Origin: an uncultured Spirochaetota bacterium
GTDB taxonomy: Bacteria; Spirochaetota; Spirochaetia; SZUA-6; Fen-1364
Length of the DNA stretch: 64,000 nt
Direction: 5' to 3'
Assembly: GCA_963734545.1 (NCBI GenBank)
Contig: CAVTHO010000005.1
Location: forward strand, 96,001 to 160,000
The notes under the pieces are model-generated. The model did no database searches. It saw only the letters and a list, made by a program, of their open reading frames with translations, and was not told the DNA's origin. Positions 51,091 to 60,173 of this stretch are shown here, in pieces. Numbering within the stretch: the first letter of the stretch is position 1; each line of letters opens with the position of its first letter. The position numbers were made by a program, and so were the translations under genes.

Positions 51091-52367
51091 TGGCGCTCCG
51101 GAAGGTCCCGCGGCTGCAATCGAGATTCCTCATTCTGGTGCTCTTCGTCATTCCTTTGTTCGGCGCGCACGCGCAGTCGCCGGTGACCTTTTCATGGAAG
51201 GCGGACCTGGCGACGGCAAACACGCTGAGCGATTTGGGTGACGGGCCGGCCGTGGACATGCTGGATTCGGCCTCCCTGGGCTTTGAGCTGGATCATGGAC
51301 TCGGCCGCGGCATCATGAGCTATCGGCTGGGCGGCCAGATCCAGTATGCGCCCCAGAGGATAGCGGCAGGCGCGCCTGCGGTTTCCGCCCTCACGGGCTA
51401 TCCGCTGGAATCAGGGCTGAGCTACGAGCTTCCGCCGCTGAACCTCCTCGGGCTGTGGTTTCGTGCCGGGCTCGGGCGTCTGGACCTGGAGGAGCCCACG
51501 GGCCTGCTCCTCGACGACCCTGCCGCCGTGCACGAGAGCCAGCTTGTGGATGGTCTTCTCCTCGAGTTCCGGTATCACTGGTTCTACGGGTCCCTGGGCG
51601 CCGGATATCTCGGCCTGCTCGACAGGCGGCTGAACAGGGTCCGATTCACGCCGCAGGACTTCATCGAGCTGGACGACGCATCGCAGTACTTCGCTCCGCC
51701 CCGGGGCCTGGCGGTGCTTCGGCTCGAAGCTGAAGATCTGTTCGCCGGTCAGAGCTTCGGGCTGTTCGGCATCGGCCAGAAGGACTTTCGCGATACTGGG
51801 TCGAAGCTCGACAGCTGGTACGCGGGAACGGCGGTGCGCGGACCGATCGCCCTCGGTTTCCGCCATACCACGAGCATGGTCCTGGCGATAGTGGTGCCTT
51901 CTCCCGGCACGCCGGGTGCAGGGCTTCTCCTGTCCTCTCAGGTGGCCTACCGGCTGCCGGGGAATATTCTTCATGAAGCCTGGTTCTCCCTGCTCTGGGC
52001 GAGCAGCGACGGGGGAGGGCTTGCCGAATTCCCCGCGCTTGCCGGTCCCGCGGTGAGCACAGGCTTTCCCGTCCCTCTGAGCGACATTGTTCGCCTCGAG
52101 CTGGGCATCGACACCACCTTTGCAGTTCCTCCGGCCGTCACGCCGCTCGGCCTGGCGTTCACGAGCCAGCTTCTTCTCAAGCCGAGCGGGCAGGTGCCGC
52201 CGGGATTCTCGTTCAGGACGGCAGGCTCCTTTATGGGCACGGAGCTTGGGCTCACCGCCCGGTACGAGCCGATCCAGGGACTGCGCTTCGACGCGCGGGC
52301 CGGCACGCTCATCACCCTCTCCGGCCCGTTTGTCTCCGTGCGCCTGGAAGGCAGGGTGAGCCTATGA
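51087..52367 (+). CDS. Exported beta-rich protein, probable OM barrel
   Basis: Signal peptide ending AHA; alternating hydrophobic strands. Confidence 0.7.
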   Translation: MMALRKVPRLQSRFLILVLFVIPLFGAHAQSPVTFSWKADLATANTLSDLGDGPAVDMLDSASLGFELDHGLGRGIMSYRLGGQIQYAPQRIAAGAPAVSALTGYPLESGLSYELPPLNLLGLWFRAGLGRLDLEEPTGLLLDDPAAVHESQLVDGLLLEFRYHWFYGSLGAGYLGLLDRRLNRVRFTPQDFIELDDASQYFAPPRGLAVLRLEAEDLFAGQSFGLFGIGQKDFRDTGSKLDSWYAGTAVRGPIALGFRHTTSMVLAIVVPSPGTPGAGLLLSSQVAYRLPGNILHEAWFSLLWASSDGGGLAEFPALAGPAVSTGFPVPLSDIVRLELGIDTTFAVPPAVTPLGLAFTSQLLLKPSGQVPPGFSFRTAGSFMGTELGLTARYEPIQGLRFDARAGTLITLSGPFVSVRLEGRVSL

Positions 52368-52909
52368 GCACGTGTTTCAGGCTGCGGCATCCGGGCTGGA
52401 TGCTGGTCCTCGCGCTCCTGGCGGGCGCCACGTCCTTGGTGGAGGGCCAGGCCCTCGAGGTGCAGCAGTCGAGCGGATTCGTCGAAACGCTTCTTCCGGA
52501 CCTCGGTTGGCGCCAGGCGGTCCTCGGGCGGCAGCTGCCCCCCGACGCAGTAGTGACATCCTGGCTCGGTGCCAGCGCCCGGCTCACTTATGGCGGGAGC
52601 GTGGTCACCCTCGGGCCGCTCAGCCATCTTCGGATTCTGTCCGTGGGGAAAGACCTCGTGAGGCTGTCCCTGGAGGCAGGAACCGTCACGGTGGAGTCCT
52701 CTACGCCGGCGTGCGAGATAGAGTTCCGCGGGCTGATGGTGCGGATGGAACAGGGCAATGTCACCCTGACCGACGGCGTGCTCAGCGTGAAGGCGGGCAC
52801 CGCGTCGCTGCAGGGGGCCCAGGACAAGCCCCTCACGTTCGGCCCGGGAAGCACCTTCTCGCTTCTCACCCGGTCCACCGGTCCGGTTTTCAAAGGCGAC
52901 TACCGATAG
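52364..52909 (+). CDS. FecR-like domain protein (degenerate)
   Basis: GFVE...W...G..L...VVT...ASARL...GSVVTLGPLS.L...LSLEAGTV pattern. Confidence 0.6.
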   Translation: MSTCFRLRHPGWMLVLALLAGATSLVEGQALEVQQSSGFVETLLPDLGWRQAVLGRQLPPDAVVTSWLGASARLTYGGSVVTLGPLSHLRILSVGKDLVRLSLEAGTVTVESSTPACEIEFRGLMVRMEQGNVTLTDGVLSVKAGTASLQGAQDKPLTFGPGSTFSLLTRSTGPVFKGDYR

Positions 52910-52986
52910 TCATCCGGCTGCCGCGCCCGTGTGTCGGGCTGGAGCGGCGCGTTTTTCGCGCGCCGAATCCGCGAAGCCGATAAAGG

Positions 52987-53012
52987 TTGACAAATCCCTG
53001 CCATGGTATAAA
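52987..53012 (+). promoter_or_regulatory. Putative promoter of the radical SAM operon
   Basis: TTGACA at 52987 and extended -10 TGnTATAAA at 53004-53012; the spacing between them is short. Confidence 0.45.
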
Positions 53013-53022
53013 AAGGGATCTG

Positions 53023-53694
53023 ATGCCCGTCAAAAATCCGTTCCTCCTCTACCTGCGCTCACGGCTGAACTCCGTCCTCTCCATCTCGGCCGCGTCCCTG
53101 GTGCTGCTGTCACTTCTCTTCCTGAGGCCCCATGCGCTGGTTCCCATTTCCGTGATCCTTCTGGCGTACGTCGCTCTCACCTTCGCTCTCTTCTTTTCCC
53201 GCAGAGGGGCCCGGGAGGTTGTTGCCGAGAGTGAAGAGGACAGGCTGAAGAAGATCCGGCAGAAGATAGACGCTCTTGCAGAAACCCGGGAGCGTGTTGC
53301 GGTCCTCAGGATCGGAGACCACCGCATGGCCAAAGCGATCGAGTACTTCCTCCAGGAGTCGGGCTCCTACCTGGAGAAGTGCCGGGAGCTCTCCCGCTAC
53401 TCGCCTCTTGCCAACGAGCGCATCGAGCGTGTCCTGGAAATCTGCCAGGTTTTTCTGGGCGAGCGTGACGAGGCCGCCACTGCCAGGAGATACGACGTGT
53501 CCGCCGAGAGCGGTCTTCCCGCGCGCGACATGCCCGCTGAACCAGGCGGGGCGGCAGCGGACCCAGGGGAACAGCTCGCCAGGGACATCACGGACTGCGC
53601 CGGGGTCATCAGGGAACGTATGACCGAGGACCTGCTCGGCCTGAGCGGAGAAGCCCGCCTCGCAATCATGAAAGAACTGGAAAACAACAAATGA
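53023..53694 (+). CDS. Hypothetical 2-TM membrane protein with helical cytoplasmic domain (operon gene 1)
   Basis: Two N-terminal TMs; ATGA overlap with the next gene. Confidence 0.8.
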   Translation: MPVKNPFLLYLRSRLNSVLSISAASLVLLSLLFLRPHALVPISVILLAYVALTFALFFSRRGAREVVAESEEDRLKKIRQKIDALAETRERVAVLRIGDHRMAKAIEYFLQESGSYLEKCRELSRYSPLANERIERVLEICQVFLGERDEAATARRYDVSAESGLPARDMPAEPGGAAADPGEQLARDITDCAGVIRERMTEDLLGLSGEARLAIMKELENNK

Positions 53695-55343
53695 AAAGAA
53701 GAGCTCTGATCGGCGTTCTCATTTTCTGCGCGGCCTCCTGGGCGGCATCCGGTCTCAGCGTCGTGCTGGAGAGCGTGGAGACGGACGTGGTGGTCCGGCC
53801 GGACGGCAAGGCTGATTTCTTTGAAAGCCTGGCATGGCAGGCCACGGGCGGGCAGATGCACGGTTTCTATTTTGAGGGCGCTGCCGTGCGGCCCGTGTTC
53901 AACCTCGACCAGTGCTATGCCGACCTTGCCGGCAATGTGCGCGTCGGCCTGGCTATCCGGGACCTGGGCGGCGGCAGGTACGACGTGGTTCTGGCAGGCG
54001 GCCGCGGGTTCACGGGCGCCGCAATGTACTTTCTCGCCTATGGCGGGGACCTGGCCGGACCGAAGCTCATCGGCCTGACCAAATCCGCCGACTTCGGGGA
54101 GCTTTTCTATTTCGACTGGGCGCCCGAGCAGTGGGACCAGCCCCTGGATCACCGCACGATCAGGATCGAGCTCCCCATTCCCGTGAGCGGTCAGACAGTC
54201 GGGCAGGACGTGCTCACGCAGGCAGGATTCCGGACCGAGCCGTACGTGAATCAGCAGAACAGCATTGACGCTTTCGGCTCGAAAGGCGCGGACGGCAGGT
54301 ACTACCTCACCCTGAGGTTCAATCAGCAGAACGTGCGCGCGAAGCAGGCGCAGAGACTCCAGTTTTACCTCAAGCGGTCCGCCGTACCCATGCAGGAGGG
54401 GGTTCTCACGGAAAGCACCACGTCGGGAGGCACCGTCTCGACGACCGGAACGCAGCCTCTGGCGGAACCGACCACGACCGAACCCGTCCCCGCGGCCCCG
54501 CGGATGCAGGCCGGCCCTGTCGCAACGGCCGTGACGCTCGGCGTGCTCCTTGCCCTGGTCATCCTCCTGTACTGGCTCAAGGCCAGGGGATACGGCCGCA
54601 CACTGGAAAAAGTGGAAGGCATCCGCTGGGCCGGGGACAACTGGATCCCGCCCAGGCTCTTCGCGGGCACCTATCAGGTCAAGGGCAAGATCGCCGAAGA
54701 CCTGCACCCGGTGGAGGTCGCGCTCCTTCTGGAAATGCCGCTGCAGAAAGTGGTGGCCATCATGCTGGAAGGTCTCAAGCGCCAGGGCATCATCGAAGTG
54801 GTGAAGGAGGATCCGCTCGAGATAAGGATTCTCACCGCAGCGAAAGGCGGAAAGCGAGTACGAGGAGCTGTTCCTCCAGTCATTCGACACGCGGGGTCTG
54901 GTGCTCTCGGGCGTTCTTGCCGATTTCTTCGAAAAGGTGCTCGCAAAGCTCCAGGAGAAGATCTGGGACTGCGACAGCGACGCCACCAGGGAATACTACA
55001 GAAAGAAGCTCGAACAGAGGGTGGAGACCGAGCAGGACCGGGTCCAACCCTACTACTGGTACTGGTCGTCGTACCGATGGATCTACTGGAACACGGCGGT
55101 CTACTCGCAGGTGCACCTGCCGCCGGATTTCTCCGCGGGCTACCAGGCACTTCATGGCCTCCGCGTCCTGCTTCAAGGGATGCTTTCGCCCCGGCGCAGG
55201 CCACGACGGGCGGCGTCAACGCCTGCTACTCCGCGTGCCACAACGCCTGCCATTCGGCATGTCACCAGGCCTGCCACTCGGCATGCCATTCCGCCTGCCA
55301 CTCGGCATGCCACTCGGCGTGCGTGTCGGGGGGCGCGCATTGA
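53691..55343 (+). CDS. DUF2207-like single-pass membrane protein with C-terminal (ACHS)-type repeat x9; putative radical SAM target
   Basis: Signal peptide, VVVRPDG beta domain, Thr/Pro linker, TM. Three +1 shifts (about 54845, 55147, 55187) sum to 3. Tail is ACYSACHNACHSACHQACHSACHSACHSACHSACVSGGAH*. Confidence 0.82.
   Translation: MKRRALIGVLIFCAASWAASGLSVVLESVETDVVVRPDGKADFFESLAWQATGGQMHGFYFEGAAVRPVFNLDQCYADLAGNVRVGLAIRDLGGGRYDVVLAGGRGFTGAAMYFLAYGGDLAGPKLIGLTKSADFGELFYFDWAPEQWDQPLDHRTIRIELPIPVSGQTVGQDVLTQAGFRTEPYVNQQNSIDAFGSKGADGRYYLTLRFNQQNVRAKQAQRLQFYLKRSAVPMQEGVLTESTTSGGTVSTTGTQPLAEPTTTEPVPAAPRMQAGPVATAVTLGVLLALVILLYWLKARGYGRTLEKVEGIRWAGDNWIPPRLFAGTYQVKGKIAEDLHPVEVALLLEMPLQKVVAIMLEGLKRQGIIEVVKEDPLEIRILTAAKGGKRVRGAVPPVIRHAGSGALGRSCRFLRKGARKAPGEDLGLRQRRHQGILQKEARTEGGDRAGPGPTLLLVLVVVPMDLLEHGGLLAGAPAAGFLRGLPGTSWPPRPASRDAFAPAQATTGGVNACYSACHNACHSACHQACHSACHSACHSACHSACVSGGAH
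55221..55328 (+). repeat. Coding 12-bp tandem repeat x9 encoding A-C-(H)-(S)
   Basis: GCN TGY CAY TCN units with mostly third-position variation. Confidence 0.92.
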
Positions 55344-56833
55344 AAAGATCGGCAGGGCAGATACGGTCGCCGGGCCCGGGCATCGTCTCCGACATTCCGC
55401 GGTCCGCTCGCTGGGATGGATCGACGAGTTTTTCCGGGAAGCCAGGGACCATATCTTTGCCCGCGAGGAGGACGGGGTCGTCATCCTGCCTCCCAACCAG
55501 GTGTACAAGGCAAACTCCACCGGCATCGCCATTGTCACGCACATGTGCGCCGGGGGGAAGGCGGCTTCGATCCCGGGGATCGCGCAGGAAGACCGCGCGC
55601 GGCAGGTCGCGGCCTTCGTTTCCGACATTCGCGCGCTCTACCTCGGCCAGCCCGCCGAAGGCGGCCGCGCGCCGTATGAAGATGTGCCCTACACTTTCCA
55701 GTACACGAGACTGCCGATCCTCGGCGAGATCGCCGTGACCTATCGATGCAACAATGCCTGTGTCTTCTGCTACGCGGGCTGCGGGACGCAGGACACCGGG
55801 CTGCGGGACGCAGGACCCGGGCTGCGGGACCCCGAATACCGTCCACGGCGTCGGGTGCGCGGGCACGGTTCGAGCGGTGACCGGTGGCGACGCGCGGGAA
55901 ATGAGCCTTGCGGAGATCGAGAAGGTCATCCACGTATTCAAGGACGATGCGAAGATCCCCTTCTTCTCATTCACGGGCGGGGAGCCGCTCCTGCGCGAGG
56001 ACCTCGAGGACATGATCCGGCTTGCACGACGCGCGGGGCTGCAGGTGAATCTCATTACCAACGGCACGCGGGCGGACCGCCGCAGGGCGCGCAGCCTTTT
56101 CAAGGCAGGGCTTCGCACGGCGCAGGTGAGCGTGGAAAGCCTCGACCCGGAAACCCACGACCTTCTCACGGCGAGGCCGGGGTCCTTTCCGAAGACGCTG
56201 GAGGGCATTCGCTGTCTGCAGGCGGCGGGCATCTCGGTGCAGACGAACACCACAATGACCGCGGTCAATTCGCCCGACGCCCCGCGCATGCCGGCATTCC
56301 TGAAAAGCCTGGGAGTGACCAGGTTTGCCATGAATCTCTATCTGCCGGTGTGCGCGCCGCGCACCGGGTGCGGGGACCCCGGCCATCCCCGGGTCGATGC
56401 GCTGTTCATTCCGTACACGCGCGCCGGGGCCATCATCGAGAGCGTGCGCATGGCCGCGCGGGCACAGAAGATGACGTTCTACTGGTACTCCCCCATCCCG
56501 CACTGCCACTACAACACGATTGCCCGCGGCCTTGGAAACAAGTCCTGCGCCGCAATGGACGGCCTCCTGTCCGTGTCCCCGACCGGAGACGTTCTTCCCT
56601 GCTCGTCCTTCCCTGAGCCGATGGGCAACCTGCTCTCGCAGGGCTTTCGCGAGATCTGGTTCTCTCCCCGGGCAGGATACTTCAAGAACAAGCGCTACGC
56701 GCCCGCCGAATGCGAAGGGTGCCCGAGCTTCACGGCCTGTCAGGCGGCCTGCCCCCTGTACTGGCGCTACGCGGGGACATCGGAGATTCGCAATCGGGTG
56801 CCGATTGTCCAGGAGAATGTCGCATGGAAATGA
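55340..56833 (+). CDS. Radical SAM/SPASM-domain enzyme with PqqD/RRE-like N-terminus; frameshifted, start uncertain
   Basis: CNNACVFC, FTGGEPLL, LITNGT, QVSVES; SPASM SCAA...GDVLPC...GNL...CEGC-x5-C-x3-CP. Confidence 0.9.
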
Positions 56834-57723
56834 AATTCAGCGTCACCCGGCTCGCGTTCCCCGCGCGCATGGTCGTGTTTGCAGGATTCGCGGCGGGCGG
56901 GCTTGCCCTGCAGGTCCTGTTTCCCGGCGGGTTCGGCTTTCTCCCCGGTGTGCTGCTCATGGTGCCCGGGCTGGTCTTCATGGGCGCCAGGAATTTCAGG
57001 AACAAGCCGATGGATGTCGGCCAGGAAGATTGGCAGCCCGCTTCCGTGCGCGAGTTCGACCGGATCAAGAGCAACCTGCAGCTCACTCGGGAGAAGCGCT
57101 ACTCGGTGATCTACCGCACCGGGTTCGGGTGGTTCATCGCCGTGGTGCTCGCCGCGGCCGCGCTCGTCTTGGGGACGAGCGGCTTCCGTCTCGGCACCCT
57201 GGTGTGCGTGGATGCCCTGGTCCTCCTCATCCCCTTCCTGTTCACCGGCAACGTCTCGCTGTGGACCCCGCAGGAGCTCGCATTCCGCATGCGCGTATTC
57301 GAGCCCATCCTTTCAGCGGAACCCGCGGAGGGCGGCGAGATCATCATCACTCCTTACCTGAAGCTGGACAAGAACAGCACGGGACAGCAGATCCCTGAAG
57401 ACATTCGTCTGATGGTGGAGCCGCGCCGGAAGCCCGCCGACTTCCTCGGTGTGCAGCTCCAGGTTGCAGTGAACAAGGGCCCGAACGGCAATGTGCCCTA
57501 CATGTACGCCGTCTTCCTCTGCAAGGGAAAGGGCACGACCTACCAGGCGCTCGCCGCCGCGCGCTTCGGCGACTATGTGCACGAGCCGGGAGGAGACAAG
57601 GAGTACGGGTACATCGTCGTGCGTCAGGAGACCTCGGGCACCGGCTATGCCACCACGGACGCGGACGTGCGCGACCTGTACGACCTGGTGAAGAGGACGC
57701 TCCTCTCCCTGCCAAAGGCCTGA
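56824..57723 (+). CDS. Hypothetical 4-TM membrane protein with soluble C-terminal domain (operon gene 4)
   Basis: Overlaps the radical SAM stop codon; two TM hairpins. Confidence 0.8.
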   Translation: MEMKFSVTRLAFPARMVVFAGFAAGGLALQVLFPGGFGFLPGVLLMVPGLVFMGARNFRNKPMDVGQEDWQPASVREFDRIKSNLQLTREKRYSVIYRTGFGWFIAVVLAAAALVLGTSGFRLGTLVCVDALVLLIPFLFTGNVSLWTPQELAFRMRVFEPILSAEPAEGGEIIITPYLKLDKNSTGQQIPEDIRLMVEPRRKPADFLGVQLQVAVNKGPNGNVPYMYAVFLCKGKGTTYQALAAARFGDYVHEPGGDKEYGYIVVRQETSGTGYATTDADVRDLYDLVKRTLLSLPKA

Positions 57724-57736
57724 GGGCACAGACCTC

Positions 57737-58549
57737 TCACAGCCCGATAAGAGCTGCAGCCACGTAAGGGGCAATCCCCAGAATCGCCGCAAAGGCCTTG
57801 CGGCTGGGCTGGCTGGCCCGCGAATCCCACTCGAACAGGAGAGCGGCCAGCGCGAAGCTGAGCAGGGCGCCTGCGGCCAGAACGCAGATCGAGAGCACGG
57901 GAATCGGCTGGGCGGCGCCTCCCGTTCCGAGCGCGGCAAACACCTTCATGCCATGGGTGGCGGGCAGAAGGAGCGAGATCCGCTGCAGACCCGAGGGCAG
58001 CAGGGAGGACGGCACCATGAGGCCGCCGAGAATGATCGAGGGAATGTAGACGAACTGACCGACCAGAATCGACACGGTCGTGTTCCCGGCGGCCACGCCG
58101 ACAAGCACACCGATGCCCGCATATGCCGCGTAGGAAAGGACCGCCGCCGCAATGAAGCCGGGGAGGGACGTCGGGAGGACCCCGCCAAAGAAGCGCGCGC
58201 CGGCAAGCGTGATGATGAGGGTGATCACTGCCATGTGGACCGCCGTTCCCATCACGGGGATGGCGAGAATCGACGCGGACGGCACTCCGTTGATCCGGTA
58301 GCTCCTGAACACGCCTGCCTCCCGCGCGGTCACCAGCAGGCTGGGCAGGCTCAGGAGCGCCGCGCACATGAAGGCAAAGAGCACCATGGCGGGTATCATC
58401 GTCTGCGTGAAGCCGGGGTTGACGGATGCCATCAACCCGCCGACCAGGACGAAGAACACCAGCGGGAAAAGGTAGAACATCAGCAGCTTGGACCTGTCCC
58501 TGACGCCGGTCTTGAAATCGTACGCGAAGTGATGGAGGAATGCCTTCAT
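57737..58549 (-). CDS. ABC-2 type permease
   Basis: Six TMs; REAGVFRSY and LLPATH motifs. Confidence 0.88.
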   Translation of the reverse strand: MKAFLHHFAYDFKTGVRDRSKLLMFYLFPLVFFVLVGGLMASVNPGFTQTMIPAMVLFAFMCAALLSLPSLLVTAREAGVFRSYRINGVPSASILAIPVMGTAVHMAVITLIITLAGARFFGGVLPTSLPGFIAAAVLSYAAYAGIGVLVGVAAGNTTVSILVGQFVYIPSIILGGLMVPSSLLPSGLQRISLLLPATHGMKVFAALGTGGAAQPIPVLSICVLAAGALLSFALAALLFEWDSRASQPSRKAFAAILGIAPYVAAALIGL

Positions 58550-59475
58550 CGCGCTGCTCCTTTCGTGCCCTGTGCCGAGGTGAGCTCGAGGAACCGTTCT
58601 TCCAGGTCGGTCGTTCCACGCGCAGGTCGACCAGGGGGTCGCCCGCCTGTTCGAGCCATGCAATGATTGCGCTCACCGCCTTTCCCGGCTTCTCGGAAGC
58701 GTACAGCGTGTATTCGTCGGTCTGACCCTTGTAGACGGCATCAGGAAAGTCGACGCGCCCCGACTGGAGACTGCGGCCCTCGGTGGAAACCGAAATACGG
58801 GTCATGCGGTTCCCCGCCGCCGTGAGCTGCCGGGGGCTGCCCATGGCCGCGATGTCACCCCGCAGCAGGATGGCGGCGCGGTCGGCGAGCTTTTCGGCCT
58901 CCGCCATGTCGTGCGTGGCGAGGATCACCGTGGTGCCCCTGGGCGCGAAGCTCGCCGATGAGGACGTGCAGGTCCGCGCGGGACTGCACGTCCAGGCCCG
59001 CCGTGGGCTCATCGAGAAAGAGCACCGCGGGATCGTGGGCAATCGCGATGGCCAGGGCGAGCCGTCGCTGCTGCCCGACGGAAAGCTTCACGTATTGGGC
59101 GCGCCGCTTTTCCGAGAGACCGAGCCTCTCGACCAGGTCCTGCCTGACGGGCACGCCGTGATAGCTCGAAAAGAAGCTCATCGCTTCGTCGACGGTCATC
59201 GCCGCGGGGAGCGCGGAGGTCTGCAGCTGCACGCCGATGATGTTGCGGAGCTTGCGCGGCTGCCTGTGCGGATCGATCCCCGCGATCGAGAGGCTGCCGC
59301 CGTCCGGGTGGCGCAGGCCTTCCAGGCTTTCCAGCGTGCTGGTCTTGCCGGATCCGTTCGGACCCAGAAGGGCGAATATCTCCCCCTTGTTCACCTCGAA
59401 GCTGATCCCCTTGACCGCGATCGTGTCCGCGTAGCGCTTGACGAATCCCCGGACCGTCACCATTGCGTCACGCAC
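58546..59475 (-). CDS. ABC-2 ATP-binding protein; frameshifted
   Basis: GPNGSGKTS, LSVGQ, FLDEPTAGLD and THDMAEAE motifs. Confidence 0.9.
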
Positions 59476-60058
59476 TTCTCTCTCCCTTCTTCTTTCTTTC
59501 CTTCCGGAAAAAGGCCCCCCCGGCCTCGCTGAGCAGGCTTCGTATCCTCTCGTCCGGAAGATCCAGCACGCCGCTCGAGATCATCGAGGCAAGACCGTGC
59601 GTGAAGATCCAGCTTTTCAGTATGCGGGCATCCTGCATCGACACGGGGACCTGATCGGAAACGGGGACCACGGTCCTCCCGGACCTCACTTTCCCCAGCG
59701 GATATGCCGCGCGGCGGCGCCGGACCCTGCGCGCGTCCGGCCGCGGTCTCTCCACGTACAGAAAGCGGAAAAGATTCGGCTCGCCCCGGGCAAAGCTCAC
59801 GTAGCCCACCGCGATATCCAGGGGCTGTTCATTCGCATAGACGCGCCCCTGGAACTCGCGCATGAGCGCCTCCGCCCTCTTTCTCACCGCCGCCTCGATC
59901 TCCCGCATGGACGTGAGGCGGGAATAGATGGGCATTGTGGATGATCCCAGCCTCCCTGCGATGCGCCGGGCCGTCACGCTGTTCCAGCCCTCTTCCCGTG
60001 TGAGCGCGAACGCCGCCTCGACGATCATCTCCTGCGTGAAGGAAACCCTCTGCGTCAT
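59468..60058 (-). CDS. TetR-family regulator
   Basis: IVEAAFAL...VTARRIA..LGSSTMPIY HTH; WIFTHG. Confidence 0.88.
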   Translation of the reverse strand: MTQRVSFTQEMIVEAAFALTREEGWNSVTARRIAGRLGSSTMPIYSRLTSMREIEAAVRKRAEALMREFQGRVYANEQPLDIAVGYVSFARGEPNLFRFLYVERPRPDARRVRRRRAAYPLGKVRSGRTVVPVSDQVPVSMQDARILKSWIFTHGLASMISSGVLDLPDERIRSLLSEAGGAFFRKERKKKGERSA

Positions 60059-60073
60059 GCATCCCTTCCCTTG

Positions 60074-60115
60074 TAACAACTGTTATTAAAACTAATGTTA
60101 TCATAACAAAGGTTA
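60074..60115. promoter_or_regulatory. Three TAAC-N4-GTTA operators at a 15-bp period upstream of tetR
   Basis: TAACAACTGTTA at 60074, AAACTAATGTTA at 60089, TAACAAAGGTTA at 60104. Confidence 0.7.
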
Positions 60116-60173
60116 TATGTCAAGTGAAAAAAACAGGCTGCGGAGGACGGGGCCGCGGCCAGTGTCCCGCTGC

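Noticed and set aside
55221-55328. Overlapping CxxxCH motifs read as a multiheme cytochrome c
   Set aside because: The motifs share Cys residues, are non-canonical (not CxxCH) and lie on the predicted cytoplasmic side after the TM; no cytochrome maturation genes are nearby.
55221-55328. Repeat array as CRISPR or VNTR
   Set aside because: The 12-bp units have no spacers and show synonymous codon variation, so the repeat is coding; no cas genes are present.
54901-56616. 571-aa ORF as a single real protein
   Set aside because: It is a chimera of frames: part of the target protein's cytoplasmic domain, an out-of-frame tail, the radical SAM N-terminus, then nonsense after about 55795.
57737-60058. 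ABC-2 exporter as part of the radical SAM system
   Set aside because: It is convergent, has its own TetR regulator and operators, and lacks a peptidase domain; adjacency alone is insufficient.
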